IMG/VR virus record: IMGVR_UViG_3300017700_000628
Location: 1-45,525 of that record
Length of the DNA: 45,525 nucleotides
Origin: a virus
Taxonomy: Duplodnaviria; Caudoviricetes
Strand: one strand, 5' to 3'
Below are positions 9,270 to 18,720 of this stretch, in pieces. The notes under the pieces were generated by a model. The model saw only the letters and a program-made list of their open reading frames with translations, made no database searches and was not told where the DNA came from. Position 1 is the stretch's first letter, and each line of letters begins with the position of its first letter. A program made the translations under genes and the position numbers.

Positions 9270-11710
9270 GGCGTGGCTCCGAAGACTGACGCGGGAAGTT
9301 TCATGTAGTAGTACTTCGGCGGTGCCATTGGGTCAGTGCTATACTGCAGCAACGGTTTATCATCCGACTCCATAAACACAGTGTAAATATCCGGCGCGAC
9401 TTTGTAAAACTTTCCCTCGTCAATTATCTCTTTGGCACTTACTGCAGTGCCATTGCTGTAAACAGGGTAAGTGTTTGTCGCCGACAGTTTAAGCAGGTCG
9501 CCGTCCAAAAGCCCATTTTTCCAGCCGTCAAAAGCTTCTTCTGTGACATTCGGTGGGAGAATGGTAAAGTCATCTGTGATGCCGTCAGCACCGGTTCCAG
9601 GGCGGCCGCCGAGAACCTCTTTTACCGCTGCTTTATACGCAGTTTCGTCAATCTCGCCGCGAGTTACGGGCTTTCCGCTTGCAACGTACAGCGCCGTAGC
9701 CGCCTCATTCATCGCTTGGACCTGCATAGGCGAAAGCATCATTTTCGCTTCGCCCAAAGTTGAATTGAAAATTGCGTTCAAATCTGTGTAATACGGCTGA
9801 ACGCTTTTGTCAGTTTTCAAAATGTCCATCCCGCGCAGCACGGCTTTTGCGGTACTAAAGTGAGCGGGGCTTTCCGTCATTAGCCCGGAAAGGTAGGCTT
9901 CAGTCGGCATTCCGCCTTTGGCAAACTGATCAAGTGCGTTCGGATACAGTTCGCCCATCTGCGATTTCCACGAGGCAATGATGCCAAGGCGCTGCTCCGG
10001 TGTAGCCCGCTGGTACGCGGCCTGAATGTCGGCAAGCTGCTGTTCAGGCATCGGCAAACGGCGGTAGGCCGGAACACCCTGCTTTTCGTATCCTTCTGCC
10101 ATGGCAGCGTATGCGGCGGCAGGATCGCCTGCTGCAAATTTTTCGCCAATCGCAGGGAACGAAGCAATCACAGCCCCCGCCGGGTCAGCCTTACGGGCCG
10201 TACGAACCTGGGCCGCTGCTTGCTGGGCTTCGTTAAATGCCTTGAGGTCCGTGGCGTAAGTCGGTGACGCGGTGTCATTTGGCCGCATCGCCGCAAGCGC
10301 ACTGCTGATTTCAGCTTCCGACGAAGTGGTCATCGTCTGAATGTACCCGCCGACCTGCTTAAGCTTTTTAAGTTCAGCCGCTTTCTGCATCCCGACGATC
10401 GGCCCGTAGCCCTGGACAAGCTGCGCTTCGGTCGGCAGCGGCCCGTCGTATTTGCCCGTCGTAAGGTACGCGGCTGCGGCGTTGTTCGTGATGACTTCCA
10501 GACCGCTCCGCATTTCGACTTCGCGCTGATTTACGATTGTCCGGGCACGAGCGAGAACTTGGTTGCGCTCAACTGGGTCAAGGCCGTCAAGTACGGGGTT
10601 GCCTGTCTTGCCGTCCTTCGGAGCAGCCACAAAGCTTCGAGCAGCGGCCTTACGCGCTGAACGTGACTTTCCGTCTGACCGCTCGTAGTACTGGTCAATA
10701 AGCTCAGCCGCTTCTTCAGGCGACCCGGCGGCAAGAATAGCATCCCGCTGCTTAATAGTCATTCCGGCCGCGCCTGGGTTATCGAGTTCCCAGTTAAGAA
10801 ACTGCGCTTGCTGTTCAATCGTTGACTCAGTTATCGGAACCCCAATAACTTTCTGAAAGTTGTCAACTCGTTCTTTCCGCCACTGAGCAATACCAAACGC
10901 AGTACCATTGTCGCCAACAGCCCCTTGAGGGCGAAACCCGCTTTCATGCTGCAGATTTCCAAGAAATCCTGCGACAACATTATCCGAGCGACCGGCGGCG
11001 CGAAGTGAGTCAGCGATGACTTTTGAATTTCCTTCAATAACTGCTGGCGACAGCGCCTTCACAACCTCATCCGGGGCAATTTCCGCCAGGCCCATTCCGG
11101 CCGCATCCCGGATCATCTTCATTTTGCTTTCGCGCAGAAGCTCCTTGCGGTCAGCGTTGAGGTTCGGAATGCCGTCGATCGCCCTGTTCACTTCATCGAC
11201 CACAGCGTTAACATCATACGGGTTCATCGACGCAAGCTGGGCGCTTGACAGCGACATATCGTCAATGTCTTTGCTGACTTTCGACTCATAAGAGCGGGCT
11301 TCAAAAGTCATCGACTCGCCGACAGCGGACTGGCGCAGCCCCGACAACCGCAGGTCAAGCTCGTTTATCGCATCGTCGGAAAATCCCTCGGCGCGAAGTT
11401 GCGCCAGATATTCCGCATCCTGCTTTGTGTAGTCTTCGTTAACCCGCTTTGTGAAACCATCCGCCCCCAGCGGTTCCACCGCCTGACGCTCTTTCAAATC
11501 TAACTGGCGCGCAGTTGCCTGCTCGATATACCGCTTCGAGATTTCAAACTGCTCTTGCTTGTTTTTCTGCTCTTTGAGCACCTGGCTGAACTGAGCGACT
11601 GCCTGCCCCAGCCCGGCAAACGTAGCGCCGACCGGCATACTGTCCTGCGAATACGCCTGAGCAATGCCGGCAGGCTTTGTGCGCGGGGTGACGAGATACG
11701 GAACTTTCAT
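9266..11710 (-). CDS. Internal virion protein with phage tail lysozyme domain, 814 aa
   Basis: VAGFLGNLQHESGF...GDNGTAFGIAQW...QAQFLNWEL...YYER is a Phage_lysozyme2-type signature at about residues 230-360. Confidence 0.8.
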   Translation of the reverse strand: MKVPYLVTPRTKPAGIAQAYSQDSMPVGATFAGLGQAVAQFSQVLKEQKNKQEQFEISKRYIEQATARQLDLKERQAVEPLGADGFTKRVNEDYTKQDAEYLAQLRAEGFSDDAINELDLRLSGLRQSAVGESMTFEARSYESKVSKDIDDMSLSSAQLASMNPYDVNAVVDEVNRAIDGIPNLNADRKELLRESKMKMIRDAAGMGLAEIAPDEVVKALSPAVIEGNSKVIADSLRAAGRSDNVVAGFLGNLQHESGFRPQGAVGDNGTAFGIAQWRKERVDNFQKVIGVPITESTIEQQAQFLNWELDNPGAAGMTIKQRDAILAAGSPEEAAELIDQYYERSDGKSRSARKAAARSFVAAPKDGKTGNPVLDGLDPVERNQVLARARTIVNQREVEMRSGLEVITNNAAAAYLTTGKYDGPLPTEAQLVQGYGPIVGMQKAAELKKLKQVGGYIQTMTTSSEAEISSALAAMRPNDTASPTYATDLKAFNEAQQAAAQVRTARKADPAGAVIASFPAIGEKFAAGDPAAAYAAMAEGYEKQGVPAYRRLPMPEQQLADIQAAYQRATPEQRLGIIASWKSQMGELYPNALDQFAKGGMPTEAYLSGLMTESPAHFSTAKAVLRGMDILKTDKSVQPYYTDLNAIFNSTLGEAKMMLSPMQVQAMNEAATALYVASGKPVTRGEIDETAYKAAVKEVLGGRPGTGADGITDDFTILPPNVTEEAFDGWKNGLLDGDLLKLSATNTYPVYSNGTAVSAKEIIDEGKFYKVAPDIYTVFMESDDKPLLQYSTDPMAPPKYYYMKLPASVFGATP

Positions 11711-12171
11711 TACCAGCCGCCCTTCGTGATCTTTGAGTCGCCCATCAAGCTGCCGCCGGCGTTAAGCACTCCAGTCAGCGCCGCGAACTTACCCTGCCGC
11801 TTCAGCATCTTGCTCTGCGAAAGGAAGTCGCTCTGCTGCTGCTTGTAGTTCATCGCCTGCTGGTTGCCTTCGCGGATGATATTGCGAGCGTCCTGGCGGC
11901 CGACTTCCTTCGTTCGGTTCTGCACGAGAGCCTGTGTTTTGCCGAACAGCCCGCTTGCGCCAAAGGCTGCGGTCTGCTGGCCCAAAAGATCGGCAAGTTC
12001 CAGGTCCGAGTTCATCGCCTCGACTTGAGCGTTATCGGTCACAAGCTCTGCGTTCTTTCGCGCAATGCCAGCGTTACGCCTGGCGACAGCCGCCCCGTAG
12101 TTCGCCGACTGCTTTTCGCCAAACCCGCTGATAAGCGATCCGGCCGCAGATAGTGCTGATGCAAATGCCAT
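11710..12171 (-). CDS. Small internal virion protein (T7 gp14-like position), 153 aa
   Basis: Ala/Gly-rich N-terminus, QTAAFGASG motif, Gly-rich C-terminus, and synteny. Confidence 0.7.
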   Translation of the reverse strand: MAFASALSAAGSLISGFGEKQSANYGAAVARRNAGIARKNAELVTDNAQVEAMNSDLELADLLGQQTAAFGASGLFGKTQALVQNRTKEVGRQDARNIIREGNQQAMNYKQQQSDFLSQSKMLKRQGKFAALTGVLNAGGSLMGDSKITKGGW

Positions 12172-12588
12172 TTATCTCTCCAGCACCATGTAAGTTACGT
12201 CATTGAAAGAGTAAAGCTGGCCCGTCGGGCGGAAGCCACAGAACCGGGCGAAGCGAAGGCCCACGTCCCAGTCTGCTTGAACGGAAGTCTCAACAGTACC
12301 GTAACGCTTGTCGAGTTCTTTTGTCATCTCGCGGAGCAGCCGAAGGTGCCAGCTGGTGTTGTCCATAAACGATAGAGCAAGAAGGAACCAAAGCCGGGGG
12401 CGTGCAAGCAGCGATGGGCGGATGATCCCAGCCACGAGCAAAGGATCGCCGTTGCTGTCGAGGCTCCAGATGTCTTCGGAGATTTGCTCGATCGAGGCGA
12501 TCTGGCTTTCGGCTTTCTTGTACTCCGCGAAGGAGTATTCAGCAAACCTGATGTTTGGGATTTCTGTCCGACGGTTAAGCTGGATCAT
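12172..12588 (-). CDS. Virion-associated GNAT-fold protein (T7 gp13-like position), 138 aa
   Basis: C-terminal VGLRFARFCGF is typical of this family, and the gene follows the nozzle gene. Confidence 0.6.
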   Translation of the reverse strand: MIQLNRRTEIPNIRFAEYSFAEYKKAESQIASIEQISEDIWSLDSNGDPLLVAGIIRPSLLARPRLWFLLALSFMDNTSWHLRLLREMTKELDKRYGTVETSVQADWDVGLRFARFCGFRPTGQLYSFNDVTYMVLER

Positions 12589-15385
12589 CGCCGACCTCCA
12601 AGTCAGGAATGATGGCGAGGATAGTCACCGGCAGCGGTTCGTCTTGAACGAAGTACGTCTGAGCATTTTCGTCCCAATCCGCCTCCAGGATTTGATACTT
12701 AATCCCGTTGAGCGGGGTGATGGGCGTGCCGAAGCTTTCCGAAGTCCGCTCGCGCAGCGGGTAGAGGTTCGTCGTACTGTATCCGTTTTTCAACCCCCGG
12801 CTCTCGTGCAGCCGAACGCCTATCCCGACGAGGCGTTTGCGCCGAGCTTCGATCACGTTCTGCTGCGACGTGGGCGGAAGGGTTTTTGCAATGCAGGTGT
12901 ACGGGAGGCCGATGATGGCTTTGCTTACCGGATCAGTAAAGGTGTACTGCCCGTCTGTCACGACCTGATCAGGGAATACATTGCCATCGCCGAGGGCGCG
13001 GACAGACATGCCTTCCAAATGCCACAGGCCAGTGACGACGGTGTATTCCGGCCCCATACTCCAGGCGCCTGATCCGACCGGAGCGACTATCGTTGTTTCA
13101 GGAATGTACTGCGTCGGCAGCGTACGGGCGTAGGCTGACGCAGTTGTCGTGCCCACGACTGTGATGACGAAAATGCCGCCAGCGGCCCGAACGATTTGTC
13201 CCACCCGGCCGGGGAATACGGCGGAACCGGCTGTAAGCAAGTACATGTTGTCAGCCGTCGGATCGACCGTAATCGTCAGGAAAGTCGCGATCGACGGCGG
13301 CTCAATCTTCAGCGCCGAGTCAAGGCACCAGGCGTCTTCGACGTGAGTGAAACTGCGGAAGGCGTGACGTTCGACAAACGTACGGAGGCGGCCGTCAATG
13401 TACCGCTGTACCGTCACGTAAGTGCGGTCTTGCTCGGCTTCTTTGGACACAATCAGTGTTCTAAACCGCCCCTGCGTCGTGTAGCGGGTCCAAGCGAAAA
13501 CGTCCTGCTCACGAACGATCGTGAAGACAAGCTGAACTCCATCCTCGCGAACGCACTGAACGAGCTTGGCCGGGTTCTCCATGTAGTCCCAGTCGACGAT
13601 GCTCTTTCCGTACCCGAACAGGTGGCTGGATAGGATGCTTTTGTCCTCTCCGGCGTAGACTTTCGCCAGATCGTTGAAGGACAGAAGCCTGACGGTGTAG
13701 CCTCGGGCATCGACGTAAAGCAGATCAGGGCCGATGCGGAGCGGCGGGATTTTACCAACCCCGGTGAATGTCTGCGGATCGGCAAGGGCGTCCGAGGGGG
13801 TAAGCGCGGCGTTCGCCCCAGACCCGCTAAGCAGCCAAACACCTTCTTCGCTCATCGCCAGCAATCCGCCACGGACTGACAAAAGGTGACGGATGGGCGC
13901 GACGACCTGGCTGTCGATTTCGAACTCGTAGCTATCCGCGTCGGTGATTTGGGGCGAGACGTTGAAGTTGGAAAACTGCCGAACGACAGAGCCGAAAATG
14001 CCGAGGGGCATGTCGGCAGTTGCCCCGTAAACTTGCCGCTGCTGGAAGACCGTGGATACGGCGGGGTAGTTTCCCGTTGCGCTTCCTACAGTGCCAGTGA
14101 TGACTGCGCCCGTGCCTGCGCCAGTTATGCTGATCGTGACCGGGGCGACGTAGCCTGATCCACCGTTGATGATAAAGGTGTTTGTCAGCACGCCAGCATC
14201 ATCAACAAGAGCGAGAGCACGAAAGCCAGTGCCTGAACCGCCAAAGCCAGTGGCGTTAAGGTCGGCGTAAAAGCTGTACCCCGATCCGCCATTCGTGATC
14301 GTCAGCTCTTCAATCGCAGCGGACGCAAAGGGGTTCGCGTGGCGCTTAGGCGCGCGGGTGAAGTCGGGGATGATGTTACTGTCGATGAAGAAGGTGGAGG
14401 TAGTTGTTCCAAGGTAGCCAAGCTGCGCCCCTGCGCTTACGCCAACGCCCTCGGAGTTTATGATTGCGCGATAAAGGACGTAGGACGATGCGCCCGCGAG
14501 GGGATCCCAGCTTATCTTCACGCTTCCCGGATCGACAGCGAAGTTTACGATATTTGCTACTTCCGTCGGCGACCCCGGCGCGCTCTCAACACCATCGGCC
14601 ATGATAGCGGAAACGGCGTAGACTGTCGAAGCATCGCCTGCGGCTGAGGCAACGCACGAGACATTCTGCGGGCCGTAAAAGTAATCGGCGATTGTCTCGG
14701 CAGTGCAGGTCCATGTCGTGTCGGCGAACCGGGTCAGGTTGTAGATCGGGAATGCTGAGTTTGTCAGCCGGATCGTGTCACGGATTTGGTAGCCTTTGAG
14801 GTTAGCGAGGTCTGTCGCGGCGTAGGGCGTGGCTACGGTGTAGACCCGTGCAACGGTGCCGCCACTGACGTAAGTGTCGAATGACGAGGCGTCGACGTAA
14901 GTGAGCGTAAGCGGGTCGAAGAGGCGGAATGTATTCGCGGCGCTGTCGCTCACGATGAACGTGCGAGCGTTAACTTGCGTCATTCCGACTACATCGAAAA
15001 TCTTAACCCAGTCGCCGGTGGCGTATCCGTGCCCGGCACTGGTGACGAGCCCGATGCCGCTAATTGCTGTGATGGCTTTTGACGCCTCGAGCAAATACTG
15101 CCCGTCCTGCAGAAACCGGACGTAGTTTTGCCCGAACAGCAGGACGTAAATGTCTTCGCTGTCAGGCGAAAAACGGAAGTTCATGAACTTCGTGGACTGC
15201 GTGTCGCTTTTGATGTACTCGCAAAACTCCAGTCCCGGCCGGGTGCTCAGCCCGCCCTGATAGTTTACGTACCAGTTCTGCGCTTCGGCCAGTGCAAGAT
15301 CGTACTTTGTTAGGTCCGAGCGGCCAAAGAGTTGCGGGGCAAGCTCGCCAGAGACGAATGCGTACTGAACCTGTTCGTTAGACAT
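12575..15385 (-). CDS. Tail nozzle (tail tubular protein B), 936 aa
   Basis: Q.AFVSGELAPQLFGRSDL start, GGLSTRPG, YPAVSTVFQQR, GLWHLEG and IIGLPY are characteristic of BPP-1/T7 gp12-like nozzle proteins. Confidence 0.85.
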   Translation of the reverse strand: MSNEQVQYAFVSGELAPQLFGRSDLTKYDLALAEAQNWYVNYQGGLSTRPGLEFCEYIKSDTQSTKFMNFRFSPDSEDIYVLLFGQNYVRFLQDGQYLLEASKAITAISGIGLVTSAGHGYATGDWVKIFDVVGMTQVNARTFIVSDSAANTFRLFDPLTLTYVDASSFDTYVSGGTVARVYTVATPYAATDLANLKGYQIRDTIRLTNSAFPIYNLTRFADTTWTCTAETIADYFYGPQNVSCVASAAGDASTVYAVSAIMADGVESAPGSPTEVANIVNFAVDPGSVKISWDPLAGASSYVLYRAIINSEGVGVSAGAQLGYLGTTTSTFFIDSNIIPDFTRAPKRHANPFASAAIEELTITNGGSGYSFYADLNATGFGGSGTGFRALALVDDAGVLTNTFIINGGSGYVAPVTISITGAGTGAVITGTVGSATGNYPAVSTVFQQRQVYGATADMPLGIFGSVVRQFSNFNVSPQITDADSYEFEIDSQVVAPIRHLLSVRGGLLAMSEEGVWLLSGSGANAALTPSDALADPQTFTGVGKIPPLRIGPDLLYVDARGYTVRLLSFNDLAKVYAGEDKSILSSHLFGYGKSIVDWDYMENPAKLVQCVREDGVQLVFTIVREQDVFAWTRYTTQGRFRTLIVSKEAEQDRTYVTVQRYIDGRLRTFVERHAFRSFTHVEDAWCLDSALKIEPPSIATFLTITVDPTADNMYLLTAGSAVFPGRVGQIVRAAGGIFVITVVGTTTASAYARTLPTQYIPETTIVAPVGSGAWSMGPEYTVVTGLWHLEGMSVRALGDGNVFPDQVVTDGQYTFTDPVSKAIIGLPYTCIAKTLPPTSQQNVIEARRKRLVGIGVRLHESRGLKNGYSTTNLYPLRERTSESFGTPITPLNGIKYQILEADWDENAQTYFVQDEPLPVTILAIIPDLEVGDDPA

Positions 15386-16049
15386 TCGGCATACCCAGCA
15401 GATTTCCGTTCGGGTAGAAGTAGCGTATGGTCTGCGGGTTGGTGTACCCCCTGGCCGTTATCCAGTCAGGCAAAGACTCAATCTGCGCGTCATCGAAATT
15501 GCCGGCATCGGCCTGGGCTTGTGCGATCAGGGCGTTTGCCTGCTGGACGAGGTAGCTCGCCCGCTGCGGCTTGCCGGCCAGCGGCATACAAATGTGCGCG
15601 GCCAGCCCGTAGACAAGGGCAAGGGCCAAGGAGTCTTCAAAGCTGCCAACCGCGATCTGCCTCGACGTGTACGTCAGTATGGCGTTCTGCGTATTGGCCA
15701 TCAGCGCCCGGTTGCCTGACCCGTAGCTCGTGATGATGAACCGTTCGTAGGTCGATAGAAAACGGGGATGCAGCATGTCCGAGGGGACAGCGTATGCGTA
15801 GGTGTAGCCGGGTTCGGGCGCCCCAGTTTCCCAGTCCGCCCCGTCCGTATTTTCCGTCAGCACCGCAAGGCGCTTGATCGCGCGGGCAGAAGGCCAAGGG
15901 GCAGCTGACAGTATCGAGTCGCGCACGACCGGATACCACAGGTTACACACCTCGGCCCCCCTGTCCTTATCCGTGGTCGCAGTGAGATTGTCCCGTTTCC
16001 CCACTGCGTTGAGCGCCAGGTTGTAAAGGCTAACTTCATCTGCGACCAC
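15378..16049 (-). CDS. Head-tail adaptor (tail tubular protein A), 223 aa
   Basis: LYNLALNAVG...CNLWYPVVRD..L...PW...YAYAVPSD pattern, and synteny. Confidence 0.8.
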   Translation of the reverse strand: MVADEVSLYNLALNAVGKRDNLTATTDKDRGAEVCNLWYPVVRDSILSAAPWPSARAIKRLAVLTENTDGADWETGAPEPGYTYAYAVPSDMLHPRFLSTYERFIITSYGSGNRALMANTQNAILTYTSRQIAVGSFEDSLALALVYGLAAHICMPLAGKPQRASYLVQQANALIAQAQADAGNFDDAQIESLPDWITARGYTNPQTIRYFYPNGNLLGMPNV

Positions 16050-16059
16050 GGTAAGACTC

Positions 16060-16359
16060 CTAACCGGCCAGGATGGTTTCGATCAGGGCGGCACGTTCAA
16101 CGTCATCATCGTAGATGATGCTGTTGTCGTCGGCGTACTCCTGCAGCTGCTCGAAGGACATTTCTCCGAGCTTCTTTGCAAGAGCGGCTTTGGCGGTCTC
16201 TTCGGCGTCCGCCTCAGCCTCGGTCACTTCTTCCGCGACGATCACGGCGGACTTGGGGAGCTTGTCCGCCCAATCGTCAACGAAAACGTGCGGGTTGTCC
16301 CTGACAGCGAAGAAGCCGCCATCAGGTCCGAACCAGCCATTCTTGAGGTTCACCCTCAC
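16060..16359 (-). CDS. Small acidic protein with C-terminal helix-extension-helix (LEM/Rho-N-like) motif
   Basis: GTG at 16359 overlaps the upstream TGA. C-terminus is MSFEQLQEYADDNSIIY...RAALIETILAG. Confidence 0.55.
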   Translation of the reverse strand: MRVNLKNGWFGPDGGFFAVRDNPHVFVDDWADKLPKSAVIVAEEVTEAEADAEETAKAALAKKLGEMSFEQLQEYADDNSIIYDDDVERAALIETILAG

Positions 16360-16796
16360 GACGTGGCCTTCGCGTAAGCCTTCCATCCCTTCGGATCGAA
16401 CGTCAGGCCGGACGAAACGGCGCCGGTGCCGCTGAACGTGCCGACTGTCGTGCAGATCACGCCGAGATAGCGCAAGTACAGGGAACCTTCCAGCGGGAGG
16501 GCGCCCATGTACAGCATCTTGCCCGCCGGCGTCAGCGTTGCAAGCGCGTAGGTCGGGGTCAGGATGTGCGTATTCGGGGAGGTCAGCGCCGCAGCCGCCG
16601 AAGACTGCAGAGCGAACGTCGCCGAAGTGCCGCCTGCGGCCGCGATGTCAAGGGTCACGTACCAGAAAATGCTCTGGCCGTTGCCGATGTCGCGGCTGGC
16701 AGTGCCGAGATCGATCACGTCGCCCATCAGGGTAGTCGTGGCGGTCTGCGGGATGAGGAGGTCGGTGAAGAACTCCGTACGTTCATCAAGGATCAT
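16356..16796 (-). CDS. Capsid cement / decoration protein (BPP-1 Bbp16-like), 146 aa
   Basis: MILD...DVIDLG...RDIGNG...RYLGV pattern, directly after the major capsid gene. Confidence 0.8.
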   Translation of the reverse strand: MILDERTEFFTDLLIPQTATTTLMGDVIDLGTASRDIGNGQSIFWYVTLDIAAAGGTSATFALQSSAAAALTSPNTHILTPTYALATLTPAGKMLYMGALPLEGSLYLRYLGVICTTVGTFSGTGAVSSGLTFDPKGWKAYAKATS

Positions 16797-16808
16797 TGTT
16801 CGTACTCC

Positions 16809-17807
16809 TTACGAAACGAGGGCTTCGTCGGCGGCGAGCGCGTCGACACGGCGGATGGGAACACCCTGGAAATTCATGACGGGGATGCCGCCAAGCTGTT
16901 CGTAGGTGAGCGTGGAAGTCTTCGTCAGGGCAGCGGACTGCTGACGAAGGATGGTGCGGAGCGCCCGGCTCATGTAGAAGACGGGGCGGCCGCTGACGAG
17001 GTCCTGCACCTGTTCCATGGCCTGGAACATCAGGTCAGGAAGGTTGGCGCCGGTGGCCCCGGAGGCGGTCAGCGTGCTCTTGTCGATGTTGGCGATGCGG
17101 ACGACATAGCGCCAGTCGCGGACCGTCAGGCCAGCATCCCAACGGTAGTGCGTGCGATACGCCTCCATGCGGCCGCCGAGACCATCGGCATTCTCGATCG
17201 TCACCTGGCCTTTGTCGTGGACCTGCCAGCCGGCCATCGAGCCCTTGGGGACGATGCCGAACAGGGTGGACGGACCCCAGACGACGAGCCAGATCGACGC
17301 GTTGTCAGTGCCCGAGCCGCCGCCGGCGATGATGTTCGAGGAGTTCGCGGCCGAAAGAGAATTAAACCGGGGGCTGAGGCCGGTGAAGGCTTCAGGGGTC
17401 GTCCCCTCGTTGCCGTAGAAAATCGTCCGTGCGATTTCCTGGTTCATGCCCTCGCGGTGCGGGGCCTCTTCGGACAGGCGCCATTCAGCGGTGTTGCCGT
17501 TGAGATCGGCCAGCGCCTTGTCAACCTCGGCATATGCTTCGAGCATGCCGGTGTTGTCAGTGATCTGCGCGGTGGTCGACTTCGTGGGCTGCACGCCGCC
17601 GTAGAGCTTGCGCCAGGTGGGGGCGGGGATGCCGGTCCGCTGCGTGGTGCGGTGGCCGGTGAGCAGGTTGCCTTCGACCCAGCTCATATCCTCGAGGACT
17701 TCGTTCGTTGCGTTCAGCAGCTCGACGATCGACGCGATCTTCAGCGTCGGATCGAGGCGCTTGGCCAGGTCCAACAGCGTTGGGTTGAGAGCGGAAAGGG
17801 TAGCCAT
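16809..17807 (-). CDS. Major capsid protein (BPP-1 Bbp17 / epsilon15-like), 332 aa
   Basis: PTLLDLAKRLDP, NEVLEDM.WVEGN, GLTVRDWRYVVRIANID and FQGVPIRRVDAL motifs, with strong codon bias. Confidence 0.9.
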   Translation of the reverse strand: MATLSALNPTLLDLAKRLDPTLKIASIVELLNATNEVLEDMSWVEGNLLTGHRTTQRTGIPAPTWRKLYGGVQPTKSTTAQITDNTGMLEAYAEVDKALADLNGNTAEWRLSEEAPHREGMNQEIARTIFYGNEGTTPEAFTGLSPRFNSLSAANSSNIIAGGGSGTDNASIWLVVWGPSTLFGIVPKGSMAGWQVHDKGQVTIENADGLGGRMEAYRTHYRWDAGLTVRDWRYVVRIANIDKSTLTASGATGANLPDLMFQAMEQVQDLVSGRPVFYMSRALRTILRQQSAALTKTSTLTYEQLGGIPVMNFQGVPIRRVDALAADEALVS

Positions 17808-18419
17808 TTACTTTTTCTCCATTGTCGGGTACATCATTTCAGCGAGAGTGGCTTGGGTTGAAGGCAGGGTGCCTGAAACAGGGCGACCTTCCGTCAACTG
17901 CTTGGCGACGTTGGCCATCATCTTGACGATTGCTGGGTGGTTGCCAGCGCCCGTCAGGTTGAAGGCTTCACGAGCTTCGGGCGATCCGTACTCATCGATC
18001 ACCTTGGCGATGCTGGAAAGCGTGCGGGAAAGGTTCGCCCCTCCGATGTCGGGGTCGGCCTTGACCGCAGCCTGCCAGCCGTCTTGCACCGTCTGCCACT
18101 CTCGGCTACCCGCTTCCGAGGCCTCCTGCGCCAGTTTGGCTTGCAATTCGATCAGCGCCTGGGCGCGCTCGGCCGCAGGCATCTCTTTGTTCATCAGCTC
18201 GATGAAGGAGTCGCGGGACGCCTCATCGACGGTGAAGCCCTCGGGGAACTTCAGCGCCTCGGCCGTGAGCAGAACGGGAGCTTCAGCCTTCGGCTCTTCG
18301 ACTTTCGGCTCTTCAACCGGTGCTTCCACAGGCGCGCCGAGCAGGGTCTCAGGCGGTGGGGTTGCCGTCGTCGCTGCCGTCGTTTCGATTGTCGCCACGC
18401 TCTCGGGCATTCCACTCAT
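17808..18419 (-). CDS. Capsid scaffolding protein, 203 aa
   Basis: Acidic Pro/Glu/Thr-rich N-terminus, GAGNHPAIVK motif and AEMMYP C-terminus. Sits immediately upstream of the capsid gene. Confidence 0.75.
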   Translation of the reverse strand: MSGMPESVATIETTAATTATPPPETLLGAPVEAPVEEPKVEEPKAEAPVLLTAEALKFPEGFTVDEASRDSFIELMNKEMPAAERAQALIELQAKLAQEASEAGSREWQTVQDGWQAAVKADPDIGGANLSRTLSSIAKVIDEYGSPEAREAFNLTGAGNHPAIVKMMANVAKQLTEGRPVSGTLPSTQATLAEMMYPTMEKK

Positions 18420-18687
18420 CTTGCTGTTCCTTCATCATCTGCACGTAACCGGCAGGGTTAATTTCCATCAGGTGGGCTAGGATTTGCTGCCCCACGTTCA
18501 ACTGCCCACAGTTGAAGGAGGTTGTCAGGGCGTTGCTTGCGAAGGGCTGCTGGCCAACGCCCGATATTTCCAGCAGCCACCAAAGGTACTTCCTTCCACC
18601 TGCGTCTGCGAGAAGGGCGCCTACCGCTCCGTCTCGAAGTATCTTGTCCCGTCTGACGTAGGTACGGGCTTTCCTGTCATCGATCAT
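18349..18687 (-). CDS. Bbp19-like protein
   Basis: GRKYLWWLLEISGV...TSFNCGQLNVG pattern, between portal and scaffold. AAGGAAGG RBS upstream. Confidence 0.7.
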   Translation of the reverse strand: MIDDRKARTYVRRDKILRDGAVGALLADAGGRKYLWWLLEISGVGQQPFASNALTTSFNCGQLNVGQQILAHLMEINPAGYVQMMKEQQDEWNARERGDNRNDGSDDGNPTA

Positions 18688-18720
18688 AGCACCTTCCTTT
18701 GGACTTGTCCATAAACCATA

